A stretch of DNA of 64,000 bases, from NCBI GenBank assembly GCA_028717685.1, contig JAQUNI010000001.1:335451-399450 (forward strand), in the 5' to 3' direction. The translations under genes were made by a program, and so were the position numbers. Position 1 is the stretch's first letter; each line of letters opens with the position of its first letter. This document shows positions 27,535-36,852 of the stretch, piece by piece. The stretch comes from Patescibacteria group bacterium. GTDB lineage: Bacteria > Patescibacteriota > JAQUNI01. Below the pieces are notes generated by a model, which searched no databases, was not told the DNA's origin, and saw only the letters and a list, made by a program, of their open reading frames with translations.

Positions 27535-27783
27535 TCAGCGTAAACTAAACTCTTTTATTAAATTTTCTTTTTTCTCTCTCCTCCAACCTTTGATTTCTTT
27601 TTCTCTACTATGTGCTTGCTGGCGAATTCCAAAACTTTCCACATAAACCAATTTGACTGGTAATTTGTTTTTTGTGAATGGAGTCAATCCGAGATTGTGT
27701 TCTTTTATCCTTTTCGCTAAATTCCAAGTGATGCCAGTATACAAACAATCATCTTGGCAACGTAAAATATAAACAAAATACAT
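27535..27783 (-). CDS. Small GIY-YIG nuclease family protein
   Basis: MYFVYILRC...LYTGIT...RIKEHN...REKEIKGWRREKK. Confidence 0.9.
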   Translation of the reverse strand: MYFVYILRCQDDCLYTGITWNLAKRIKEHNLGLTPFTKNKLPVKLVYVESFGIRQQAHSREKEIKGWRREKKENLIKEFSLR

Positions 27784-27842
27784 AAAATCAAACTAAGTAC
27801 AACAAAAAAAGTTTACACCGAGTAAACCTAAGGTTTACGAGG

Positions 27843-28163
27843 TGCCGAGGGGCAGAATCGGACTGCCGACACGATGATTTTCCATATTTTCTCTTGAATT
27901 TCTTCAAGGATTGGACTATATCTTCTGCCTCTTTTTAATCAAAAAGAGGAGCTGGGCGCTATTTGCAGGATTATTGTCGGGGCTCACCTGCTAGTCTCTA
28001 CACCTTCTCCTTAAAATTATCCCCTTAAGGAGCTTGGCTCGGGATTACCATATCCTTTTTTACGAGATTTAGGCTCCCCCGAATTCACCCAGTTTTCAAT
28101 CCCGAATTACTTCGGGTTGGACCGAAAATTCAGTCATCTGCTCTACCACTGAGCTACCTCGGC
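27843..28163 (-). tRNA. tRNA-Phe(GAA) interrupted by a group I intron (exons 28132-28163 and 27843-27882)
   Basis: The spliced exons give GCCGAGG acceptor and GATGA-CT^GAAAA-TCATC anticodon arm, 72 nt in total. Confidence 0.92.
27883..28131 (-). ncRNA. Group I self-splicing intron, 249 nt, no ORF
   Basis: 5' exon ends in U and the intron ends in G; P1 GACU/GGUC; P AATTCGGGGGAGCC, Q AATCCCGAGCC, R GTAGAGACTA, S AAGATATAGTCC. Confidence 0.92.
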
Positions 28164-28167
28164 AAGT

Positions 28168-28307
28168 TGGTAATCAGTAATCGGTAATTCGTAATTAGGG
28201 TAAACCCAGCACTGTCCGCCTTTAGCGGACTGGTGCGTGGGTAAACTCGCCCTTTGGGCGAGAAATTCCTGATTACTAGTTACTGATTACCGATTACTAA
28301 TTACTAT
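28168..28307. repeat. TAATCAG/CTGATTA heptamer palindrome with nested GC hairpins
   Basis: gtaatcagtaatcggtaattcgtaattagg...cctgattactagttactgattaccgattac; sibling at 40427-40532. Confidence 0.8.
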
Positions 28308-28414
28308 TTTCTAACCCATTGACATAAACATAATATCCTAAACTACCCAGGTTGTAAACCCCGCACCGAATCTTTTTCTAATAAAAAACAGGGCTGATTA
28401 GCATAAAATCCAAT

Positions 28415-30178
28415 TCAGTCTGCCTGATTCACTAATATTGTAACTTCTGGTACAGAGTAAACTCTAAGATTATAATACCCTCCTCCTTTTCCCCAATCTT
28501 TCGTGAACCCCCAGCCATTCCAAGAAAGAACATTTAAATTTTGGGAGGTTTTACTTTCAGGATGCTCGTATGCTCCTTCCAAAGCGACCAGTTCTGATTT
28601 CTGATCCTTATTGAAATCTCCCGCCTCAATCTCTAAAAGAGGTTTATCTAAAATTGACGAGCCCCAGATTAAATCAAGCGCGCCCTGCCCGCCATCGCGA
28701 GCTTCAGGCGAGGCGGGCGTGGCTCTTTTCAGATTATATAAAAACAAGTGGCTTCCCCAATGTTCTTTGTTTTCCGTATTCGCAAGGGGCGAGTTCTCCG
28801 CGTAATCCCCTTTTTTCCACAGGGCTAAAGCAAGGTCGGGTTTGGCGTCGCCGTTAAAATCGCCAACCGTATAATCATTAACCACCCAAGCGGGATCGCT
28901 TTCCCAAATCTTTGTTTCATTTTGAAAAACTTTAACCAAGCCTTGATCCAAAGTAATCTTTTCTTCTTTGGTATCCTGATCTAAATCTTGATTAAGGAGA
29001 GAAGGAATCCCCGCAAAGACAGCCCCGCTTTTCAAGCCTAAACTTATCCCTTCCTGATACGCTCCATTTTGAAAAGAAAAGGAAGGCTGTTCGTCTAAAG
29101 CAATGCCCAACATTTTAAGGAGCCTGTTCTGTTCGCTTGGAGAAACAAACTGGGGCTGACTGTAATCAAAAATTTTGACGGGTAAAAAATTCAGCTCTAC
29201 TACGCCATCGCGGTCCAGATAAATGTCCGCGACCATCCCCTCCCGCGTCTCCTCACTCCACATCTGGTCAAAAACAAAATTACCCAAAGAATAGATAATA
29301 TATTTGCCTTTATATTTTTCCACGGTCTGAAACCAATGCGGATGATGGCCAATCACTAAATCCGCGCCCGCGTCAATCGCTTGGCGGGCAAAAGCGATTT
29401 GCCTCTCGTTGGGGGCGCGCTTATACTCTGTGCCCGCGTGCATAGAAACAATCACCAAATCCGCTTCTTTTTTCGCTCGCGCTAAATCACTTTTTAAATC
29501 CTCTGCGTTCATTATCGCCGCGCCGGCGTTATTCTCCTTGGCTTCGGTGTTGCCAGCGTAAGTATAAGCTAAAAAAGCGATTTTAAGATTATTTCTTTCC
29601 ACTATTGCCGCTTGATGCGCCTTTTCGCGACTCAATCCGGCGCCAATGCCTTGAATGCCCTCTTGCTCTAATAATTCCAAAGTTTTTTTAAGACCTTTAT
29701 CCCCTTGGTTCATAATATGGTTATTGGCTAAGGATAAAACATCAAAACCGACCTTGGTCAGCGCTCCCGCGCATTCCGGATCCGCGCGAAAAACCATACT
29801 GGGAGTATACACGGGCTCACCGGCAAGCAAGGGCGACTCTAAATTGCCGAAAGTGATATCCGCGTTTTGCAAAAATTGCCCCATTTTCCGAAAAGGATAT
29901 TGATAATCATTATATTCCACCATCTTTTGGCCTACATTGCGCGAAAGCATCATATCGCCCACTGCCACGAGATGAACTAAAGGATCTGCGGGAACGGGCA
30001 GACTCGGCTTTTCTAATACTGCTTCACTTTTCTCTTTAACTTCCGCGGACAGAGGTAATCTTTTTCGGCTCTCTTTAAAGTAAGTGAACGGCTCGTTAAT
30101 AGGCAAAATTCTAAAAAGCGCCACCCCAATAATGACAATAAGCGGAACGATGGACCAAAATAAAATTTTGGAAAACAT
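28415..30178 (-). CDS. CapA family (poly-gamma-glutamate synthesis/metallophosphatase) protein with an FG-GAP-like C-terminus
   Basis: VGDMML, GNLE, LANNH, SMHAGTEY, GHHPH and YSLGNFVFDQ motifs; GDFNGD repeats. Confidence 0.9.
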   Translation of the reverse strand: MFSKILFWSIVPLIVIIGVALFRILPINEPFTYFKESRKRLPLSAEVKEKSEAVLEKPSLPVPADPLVHLVAVGDMMLSRNVGQKMVEYNDYQYPFRKMGQFLQNADITFGNLESPLLAGEPVYTPSMVFRADPECAGALTKVGFDVLSLANNHIMNQGDKGLKKTLELLEQEGIQGIGAGLSREKAHQAAIVERNNLKIAFLAYTYAGNTEAKENNAGAAIMNAEDLKSDLARAKKEADLVIVSMHAGTEYKRAPNERQIAFARQAIDAGADLVIGHHPHWFQTVEKYKGKYIIYSLGNFVFDQMWSEETREGMVADIYLDRDGVVELNFLPVKIFDYSQPQFVSPSEQNRLLKMLGIALDEQPSFSFQNGAYQEGISLGLKSGAVFAGIPSLLNQDLDQDTKEEKITLDQGLVKVFQNETKIWESDPAWVVNDYTVGDFNGDAKPDLALALWKKGDYAENSPLANTENKEHWGSHLFLYNLKRATPASPEARDGGQGALDLIWGSSILDKPLLEIEAGDFNKDQKSELVALEGAYEHPESKTSQNLNVLSWNGWGFTKDWGKGGGYYNLRVYSVPEVTILVNQAD

Positions 30179-30182
30179 AAAA

Positions 30183-30343
30183 AATAAATCAAAAATCAAA
30201 TATCCCCTGCTCGCCTCGCGTTAAATATAGTCTACCAATAATCACTCATTTATATCTCTTAAAATAGCATCAATTGGCAGACAAGTTAAAGGCGAGCGGG
30301 GCAGGCAAAATGCAATTTGATTTTTGATTTTTACATTTTGATC
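30183..30343. repeat. AAAAATC heptamer palindrome with a nested cctgctcgcct...aggcgagcggggcagg element
   Basis: Two levels of inverted arms are visible. Confidence 0.65.
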
Positions 30344-32682
30344 TATTCAGCAATAAAACTCTCCGTCCATTTCGGTAAACTCGGCATCTTCTGGCTGCTT
30401 TCGCCGGATAAAATTTTCCACCATTCTTCGTCTGTTAAACGGTTGGATAAAGGCTGTAGAAATTCATAATGAGAATAAATCCCGCCTTTCGCGATTTTCA
30501 GTTTACCTTCCACTGGCGCCACCACATAGATAGGAAAAATATTACCCGTGGCTTCTTCCAGCACGACGCCGTTCGGGTCAGTAGCAACATCGGCGGCAAG
30601 CGCTCCAGGATGATCATCTACCTCACTCGCGCTTTGAACATTCATATCCTTCATCACAGAGAGCCAAAGATGCTCCAGCTCCCCGCCGTAAAAGCGGATA
30701 AAATTATACTCTTCCTCGGACAAACCCTTGCCTTCCAATTCTTTTTCCGCGATGATTTTGAGCTGATCCGCGATTTCTTTTAATTGGTTAATGCTCTCCC
30801 CCTGTTCCTCCGATAAAATCCCGCGCATTTCCAGACCATCCGAAAGCATCTTGGCTAGACCAGCTAACCTTGCATAGACCTCTGGCTCGGGCTCCACATA
30901 GCCGCGGTCATCATATTTTTCTGATGGCCCTGCGCCCATTTCGGCATAAACCTGCTTGGCATAAAGAATCGTATCATGCTTTAACTCTGTCCAAGAACCA
31001 AGATAGCCATTTAAGTTTTTCCTTACCCAAGCTTCATTTTGCATAAACTCCGGATAGCCTTCTCCCTTAGCAAGCAATATTGGATTTAAGGAATAAAGCC
31101 AGCCCCAATAAAGATTCTGGGTCCAAGTTTGTTGGTCAAGGCCTGCTAAATATTCACGCATTTTGCGCATATTTTCAGGATAATTCTGGTAATCATCCGC
31201 TCCACCCGCTTTTAGAATGCTGTATGCCTCCTCACTACCCAAGGCCGCTGGAATATCCAACCCCTCCGGCAGCATCCTCCGCTGACCCTTTTTGTTTTCC
31301 TTAACCTCGCGGTAAATCAGTCTTTGAAAAATAGAGGCGTCAATCGTAAATCGCTGACCCATCACACGGAAACCTTTAATCTCCTCCTCGCGATCCGGAT
31401 TAATTGATTCATCAAAAATAGGTATTGAGTTAATCTGTGGCGGCGTCAGCTCCTTGGCTTGTCCCATAAAAATAATGAAGTTGTCTTGCGAGAGCAATTT
31501 ATCCAGATTAATGTCATCGCCGTAAACCCGCTTTAGAATCTCTAAATATTGGTAAAAAGTGATGTCGTCCGATTTACCGACAAAAAAGTTCGTCGGCTCG
31601 TAAATCTTCTCCCAATTCGTGAAATTCGCTTCTTTTTGGCCTAGAGCTAAACTTGCCAAAATCGCGGAGCGGGTTTCATCATCGCTTTTTTGCCTAAAGG
31701 TCATCCGACCATACCACATCATTGTTTTAAAATATCTTTGCAAATCTTCGGACTTGGAGTAATGACCGCGCGGAATATACTGCGAATAATCTTCCCTATA
31801 ATCAGCGCTAGCCTGACCCTTGTTCATTAAAGGCGACTCTGTAATACCCTCGCGCTTCTCTATAAGATTTAGCTCCTCGCCCACCACATCCGCAACCTCG
31901 CCCCCCACTGGCGCCGCGGGTTCTAATAGTTTCGTGGCAACTGTGAAAAAGGCAACATTGCGCAAAGCCGCGTTTTCCCAAGCCGTCCCGCGCAAAGCCT
32001 CTAATTGCGTTTCCGAAGCAACAAGCATTCCGGCATTAAGCTCCCGCAGGGCCTGAATCAGCTTCTCCTCTTCTAGTTTTTTTAAACTATAGTCAAAAAG
32101 AAGGTGAAAATTGTGCAAAACCGAATCCACGGTAATGAAATTGGGCACAGAATCGTAACGGTTGTTTTCATAAATTTGAAAGAACTCCTTATAGCTCCCT
32201 TCTGTCACCACGAAAGTATTCTTTTCTAATAAATTCTGCGCCGCCGCAGTCAATTCGCTAAACTGCTCTTTATTTTCCACATTTTCCAAATCCTTTTCTA
32301 TTTTGTAAGAAGCCACTTTCGGCGTTACGTTTACCTTTTCCGCCTCAAAGCTCGCGAAATTCTGCGCCGCCGCGCCTTTCACCTGCACCAAACTCCCGAT
32401 ATTGCTCTTAAAATCAAGGGCAGTAACTGGCTTTTTTCCCTCTCCTTTGGCTTTAAAATAGCGATTATAGGCAACATAGCCCCCAGCCGAAACCACGGCT
32501 AAAAATACCACAGCCGCCGCAGCGATTGCCCACCAAAACCATCTTTTTTTTGGAGAAGGCTCCGGGAGCGAAAGAGAGCTTATTGGAGAAGCGCTCTCCA
32601 ACTCATTAGGGCTATTACTTGCGGATTCTTGTTTGTTTAATTCTGCTTTGGGTTGTTCTAAAGGAGTCTTTGTTTGTTTCAT
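30343..32682 (-). CDS. DUF3160 domain membrane-anchored protein
   Basis: FITVDSVLH, EDYSQYIPRGHY, YFKTMMWYGR, SWTELKHDTILYAKQ and RLTDEEW motifs. Confidence 0.9.
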   Translation of the reverse strand: MKQTKTPLEQPKAELNKQESASNSPNELESASPISSLSLPEPSPKKRWFWWAIAAAAVVFLAVVSAGGYVAYNRYFKAKGEGKKPVTALDFKSNIGSLVQVKGAAAQNFASFEAEKVNVTPKVASYKIEKDLENVENKEQFSELTAAAQNLLEKNTFVVTEGSYKEFFQIYENNRYDSVPNFITVDSVLHNFHLLFDYSLKKLEEEKLIQALRELNAGMLVASETQLEALRGTAWENAALRNVAFFTVATKLLEPAAPVGGEVADVVGEELNLIEKREGITESPLMNKGQASADYREDYSQYIPRGHYSKSEDLQRYFKTMMWYGRMTFRQKSDDETRSAILASLALGQKEANFTNWEKIYEPTNFFVGKSDDITFYQYLEILKRVYGDDINLDKLLSQDNFIIFMGQAKELTPPQINSIPIFDESINPDREEEIKGFRVMGQRFTIDASIFQRLIYREVKENKKGQRRMLPEGLDIPAALGSEEAYSILKAGGADDYQNYPENMRKMREYLAGLDQQTWTQNLYWGWLYSLNPILLAKGEGYPEFMQNEAWVRKNLNGYLGSWTELKHDTILYAKQVYAEMGAGPSEKYDDRGYVEPEPEVYARLAGLAKMLSDGLEMRGILSEEQGESINQLKEIADQLKIIAEKELEGKGLSEEEYNFIRFYGGELEHLWLSVMKDMNVQSASEVDDHPGALAADVATDPNGVVLEEATGNIFPIYVVAPVEGKLKIAKGGIYSHYEFLQPLSNRLTDEEWWKILSGESSQKMPSLPKWTESFIAE

Positions 32683-32728
32683 ATTTTTTATTTTAGTTAA
32701 AACATTTAATGCCGCGGAGCGCTGCAAT

Positions 32729-32757
32729 GTGGAGACGTTGTGATATAACGTCTCTAT
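32729..32757. repeat. GTAG-family REP-like palindrome
   Basis: gtggagacgttgtgatataacgtctcta. Confidence 0.6.
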
Positions 32758-32806
32758 AAATCATTATAAGCTCTCCATCATTTAAAGGCAATAAAACGCA
32801 TTTAAT

Positions 32807-33043
32807 GTCACCCTCAATTTGATCGGGAATCCATATTAGAGACACTATTCCTAGATTTCCGCGCTTCAATTATTATTTTTTATTTTGTATTTTTTATTCA
32901 TTTTTTATTTAACCATTTCTTATTTCTTAGGTCATTACACTATCTTTCTTAACCAGAGTTTACTTTATTGAAATAAGAATTAAAAAATAAGAAATGAATA
33001 AGAAACAAGAAATAACAAATAAGAAATACTGAAGGGAATGACA
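32807..33043. repeat. GTCA...GGGAATCC / GGGAATGAC element with a nested TTCTTAT/ATAAGAA heptamer palindrome
   Basis: The inner arms match 46166-46303. Confidence 0.7.
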
Positions 33044-33164
33044 ATAAATATCTAAATTTAATTATTTATGAAACGCGAAAGTCTTGGGACTGCTTCCGAA
33101 TTTTATTTCCTCTCCCTTTTGAACTATGGTAGAATAATGATATCTTGATATTCAAAATAAAAAA

Positions 33165-33689
33165 ATGAAATACAATCTTAAAACCATCTTGTTCTTTCTT
33201 TTAATGTCATCCGCTGTTATTCTAATCTCCTCCCCTGTCGCTCAAGCCGTCTGCCCAGTCTGCACGATCGCGGTTTGCGGCGCCGTGGGCTTGTCGCGCT
33301 GGCTCAAAATTGATGATTCTATCACTGGTTTATGGATTGGCGGCTTAACCGTTTCTTTAATCGTCTGGACCGTAACTTGGCTCCGCAAAAAAAATTGGCG
33401 ATTTCCGGGTATGCCCATTGCGGTCGTTCTCATATATTATTTAATTGTTTGCCTGACCTTATACTTCGCGAAATTTTTAGGCCAGCCCGTTAATTGTTTC
33501 TGGGGCGTAGATAAGCTGTTATGGGGCATCATCATCGGCAGTATCTTTTTTTCTGCTGGCGCCTCTTTTTATTCTTATCTGAAGAAAAAAAATGGCGGCA
33601 AAGCTTATTTTCCTTTCCAGAAAGTGGTGATGCCAATTATTCCGCTTTTGATTTTAAGCGTGATTTTTTATCTTTTAACCAAAAAATAG
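33165..33689 (+). CDS. Conserved hypothetical membrane protein with a CPVC motif
   Basis: AQAVCPVCTIAV...GLSRWL-IDD-ITGLWIGG; four TM helices; FPFQKV. Confidence 0.8.
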   Translation: MKYNLKTILFFLLMSSAVILISSPVAQAVCPVCTIAVCGAVGLSRWLKIDDSITGLWIGGLTVSLIVWTVTWLRKKNWRFPGMPIAVVLIYYLIVCLTLYFAKFLGQPVNCFWGVDKLLWGIIIGSIFFSAGASFYSYLKKKNGGKAYFPFQKVVMPIIPLLILSVIFYLLTKK

Positions 33690-33697
33690 AGTTTATT

Positions 33698-33870
33698 CAT
33701 CATTGCGAGCAGTTCCTTGCACTCCCCTTGCCTTGAGCGGGGAGACAAGAGGGAAAGGGAATGGCTCTCCCCCTGCCCGAGCCTGCCTGCCGGTAGGCAG
33801 GGGGGAGATGAAGGGGGAGGGAGGAAAAATTGTAAAGAAAGACCCCACCTCGCTTTGCTCGCAACGACGG
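33698..33870. repeat. TCATTGCGAG...CTCGCAACGAC element with nested GC-rich palindromes
   Basis: Outer inverted termini enclose ctccccttgccttgagcggggag and cctgcctgccggtaggcagg. Confidence 0.7.
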
Positions 33871-33878
33871 TCATATCT

Positions 33879-34412
33879 ATGCCTACACCTGACATTGAAA
33901 AATTAAACCAATTTATTCAAAAAGTGGACCAGATGAAAAAACAGGAAAAGATGGATCTCTCATCGGATCAGGATTTAAGTTTGGCGATTATGAACTTGGT
34001 GAGTATTGAAGAGCATTTTTTCTTCACAGGCGCGAAAACGGGTAAAACTGAATATTATGATCTGATTTCCGAGGTAAGGGAAATGCGCAAGGCACTCTTA
34101 AAAAAAATCATCAAAGAATATGAGGGTGAAATTTGGTGCATTTCCAAGCATCTCCTCGCCGCTTCCATGCGGCTTATGGAAGTCGGCACAAAACAGCTCG
34201 GGATAGGACGCAAGGAAGAAGCTTATAATTTATTTGATAAGGCTTACAAACTTTATTCCCTCTTTTGGGGCTTAAATATGAAATTGATGAAAACCGAGGA
34301 TTTAAAAAAGATTGACGCGAACGCGCTCAACAAGCACGACAAAGAGAAAAAGGGATTCTTGGGCAAACTCGGGGACTTAGTCAAAAAAGTGGTTGATTGC
34401 TGCATTGAATAG
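33879..34412 (+). CDS. Conserved hypothetical protein ending in DCCIE
   Basis: Start at ATG 33879 (MPTPDIEK); MNLVSIEEH and WCISKHLL motifs. The ORF-track extension from 33717 is repeat-derived. Confidence 0.8.
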   Translation: MPTPDIEKLNQFIQKVDQMKKQEKMDLSSDQDLSLAIMNLVSIEEHFFFTGAKTGKTEYYDLISEVREMRKALLKKIIKEYEGEIWCISKHLLAASMRLMEVGTKQLGIGRKEEAYNLFDKAYKLYSLFWGLNMKLMKTEDLKKIDANALNKHDKEKKGFLGKLGDLVKKVVDCCIE

Positions 34413-34415
34413 AAA

Positions 34416-34468
34416 ACATAACAAAAAAACAGATTACTTTTCATAAGTAATCTGTTTTTTTGTTATAT
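34416..34468. terminator. Bidirectional intrinsic terminator
   Basis: aaaaaaacagattactt...aagtaatctgttttttt between convergent genes. Confidence 0.75.
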
Positions 34469-34480
34469 TGCGCTTGTTCT

Positions 34481-35665
34481 TTATCCATTAATATCAGGGA
34501 AATTATCAGTTATAAATTTATCAATGCCAGGAAGGTTTGTTTTGAGATAGTCGGGAGCAGTAGTTTTTAATCTTACTGCTTCAGTGAAGAATTCATCATA
34601 TTTCAATTTATGTTTGGCGTATGAGGCGGCATATTCTGTTATTGCCCCCGATCTATCAACTAATTCCTTCCATTCTTTCCGTTTATCAGCGTCCAGCAAA
34701 TAATCGTAGATGTGATGAGCGACTTCGTGCGCCACTGCTCCTAATTTGTATTGTCTCATTTTTTCCTCCGCCGGAACATGTTCCAGATAATCCAACTTTT
34801 CCGGCTTCTCGCCGTAAAAACTGTAGAAATATATCGGCGTAGGAATGAATTTTTTACTGAAATTGGGATCAGTATTCCAACGCACAAAGGATTCGGCGCG
34901 GAATTTGCGATTTTTGACTTCTGGCATTTGTTTTTCCCATTCCACATAAACATCCACAGGCAACATATAATCAGCGCCACTTATACTCACATTCACCTTA
35001 TCAGGCGCGTATTTCATTTTTGAAATCAGGCATTTCCGCAATAATTCCCCGCCGAAAACCCGATAAACAAATTCCTTGGCGTCTGGAATATCAGGGTCAT
35101 TTTCAAAACCAGAAAAATCAATTTCTTTGTCCTTATTTTGCTCTATGGCTTCATTATAACTTTGGGCTTTCAATACTGCTTCCAAAAGCGCGCGCGCTTT
35201 TGTTTGCTCATCTTCTTCACTGGCGAGCAAACTCTCATAATCAAAATTTGCCTGCCGCAGAAGGGTGGCAATTTGTTCGTCCCTGTTTTCTTCAATGAAA
35301 CCTAAAACCCTATCAATCAATTCATCTGATACTTTCGGTAAAGTTTCGTTTTCAAACTTTTCGCAATTTACACCGATGGTATCTAACAGCTCAATAATTT
35401 CAGAATCAACTTCCGCATAATCTGCATAATACTCTTTAGCATATTGGGAAAGTTTCTCAATTTGAGCCTTGCTTTCCTGTCCGATAATGAACTCCTGCCT
35501 CCTTAATTTTTCCGCGCCTTGGTATTCTTGGGTAGATTTTACTCGCTCTAAAATTTCTCTCCGCTTTGCTTTATCGGGTTCTTGTTTAATTTCCTTTACT
35601 AAACTATCTCGATATTTTTGGAATTCAAAATTTTCCATATTTTTATCCAATGAGCTCATTAGCAA
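34481..35665 (-). CDS. Hypothetical protein with a C-terminal zincin-like HEXXH motif
   Basis: AHEVAHH...ITEYA...EFFTE; true start is possibly 35638. Confidence 0.7.
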   Translation of the reverse strand: MLMSSLDKNMENFEFQKYRDSLVKEIKQEPDKAKRREILERVKSTQEYQGAEKLRRQEFIIGQESKAQIEKLSQYAKEYYADYAEVDSEIIELLDTIGVNCEKFENETLPKVSDELIDRVLGFIEENRDEQIATLLRQANFDYESLLASEEDEQTKARALLEAVLKAQSYNEAIEQNKDKEIDFSGFENDPDIPDAKEFVYRVFGGELLRKCLISKMKYAPDKVNVSISGADYMLPVDVYVEWEKQMPEVKNRKFRAESFVRWNTDPNFSKKFIPTPIYFYSFYGEKPEKLDYLEHVPAEEKMRQYKLGAVAHEVAHHIYDYLLDADKRKEWKELVDRSGAITEYAASYAKHKLKYDEFFTEAVRLKTTAPDYLKTNLPGIDKFITDNFPDING

Positions 35666-35699
35666 ATTCTTCTAATATTTCTTTTGAAATCCCGCCAAA

Positions 35700-36326
35700 C
35701 TAAATTTTAATTTCTGCACCATTGCCTACCAATTTAATCTTCCCATTTCTCACAAGAATCGCTTGTTCATCTGTAAGTATTTTAACCGGATACTTTGAAG
35801 TTGAAATTTCCTTCTTGAGAACTGAAGCATATTCTGGCTTAAAATGTACTGACAGCAGAAAGGGTACTAAGTTTAAAGCTCTCAAATCGGTTAATCCGAA
35901 TGTATTTCTATCTGGATGTTTCCAATATGCCATTTCTATTGTAGGGCAAGCGATACAACTTCCCGCGCTGACGCCAATATAAATAACGCCTTTTTGAATA
36001 AGCTCCTTTACAATCTTGCCAAAGCCGCTCTCTCTAACGCATTTCAATAAATAAAAAGTATTGCCACCTTGAACATAAATAATATCCTGATCGCCAAAGA
36101 GCCTCCTTAATTCATCCTCGTTCTTGCCCTCAATATCAATTTCTTGCACATCAAATCCAACATCAGCCATTATTTGGCTGTCTTTTTTAACATAAGAAAT
36201 GTCATCCTCGGCTTTTGAAGCAGTAGTAATATGGGCAAGTTTTATTTGATTGGCTGGTCTAGGGAGAAGTTTTAAAATTTCTTCCTTGACATTCATACCA
36301 GCAGAGGTTAAGAGTAGTGTTTTCAT
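35700..36326 (-). CDS. Peptidase E (family S51)
   Basis: LLLTSAG, IYVQGGNTFYLL and YIGVSAGS motifs. Confidence 0.9.
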   Translation of the reverse strand: MKTLLLTSAGMNVKEEILKLLPRPANQIKLAHITTASKAEDDISYVKKDSQIMADVGFDVQEIDIEGKNEDELRRLFGDQDIIYVQGGNTFYLLKCVRESGFGKIVKELIQKGVIYIGVSAGSCIACPTIEMAYWKHPDRNTFGLTDLRALNLVPFLLSVHFKPEYASVLKKEISTSKYPVKILTDEQAILVRNGKIKLVGNGAEIKI

Positions 36327-36394
36327 AATCTAGATCGTTGACTCAACAGTACGCCTCGGACGGAACTATGGAGCCAACAAAGATTTTTCTAACA

Positions 36395-36469
36395 TGGTGG
36401 ACCGAGTGGGAATTGAACCCACGACCTCCTCATTGCAAATGAGGCGTTCTACCACTGAACTACCGGCCC
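36395..36469 (-). tRNA. tRNA-Ala(TGC) with encoded CCA
   Basis: GGGCCGG acceptor with G3:U70; CTCAT-TTGCA-ATGAG; GGTTCAATTCC. Confidence 0.95.
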
Positions 36470-36501
36470 TCGGGATTTATTCTTGATAATTTTATTAAGA
36501 T

Positions 36502-36572
36502 CATTGTCTCGCTTTGCGAGATCCCGCGTAGCGGGACAAATGTGGCGCTCTAGCCAACTGAGCTACAGGCCC
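36502..36572 (-). pseudogene. tRNA-Ala(TGC) 5'-half relic with a 30-nt insertion in the anticodon
   Basis: GGGCCTGTAGCTCAGTTGGCTAGAGCGCCACATTTG[36507-36536]CAATG. Confidence 0.85.
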
Positions 36573-36823
36573 GTTTCAATTTAAAATTAAAAATGAAAAA
36601 TTAAAAATTCAAACTTTATTATTCTTGTCATTAAACGAAGTATACTTTTAAGGACAAATTAATCTTTATGGAGATTGCTTCGTCGTCCGCTTTAGGGCGT
36701 CCTCCTCGCAATGACGAATACAATAAAATAACAATGCAATAATGAAGCAATGAAACAATAAAAATTATTTCATTAAAAATTGAATAAAAAATTAAAAATT
36801 AAGAATTAAAAATTCTTTATACT

Positions 36824-36852
36824 ATTATACAAAAAAAGACCCTTAAAAACAA
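36824..36852 (-). promoter_or_regulatory. Putative sigma70 promoter upstream of the tRNA-Ala locus
   Basis: TTGTTT-17nt-TATAAT. Confidence 0.5.

Noticed and set aside
33668-33906. ORFs 33668 and 33703 and the N-terminal extension from 33717
   Set aside because: They lie in a nested repeat; ATG 33879 is the more plausible start.
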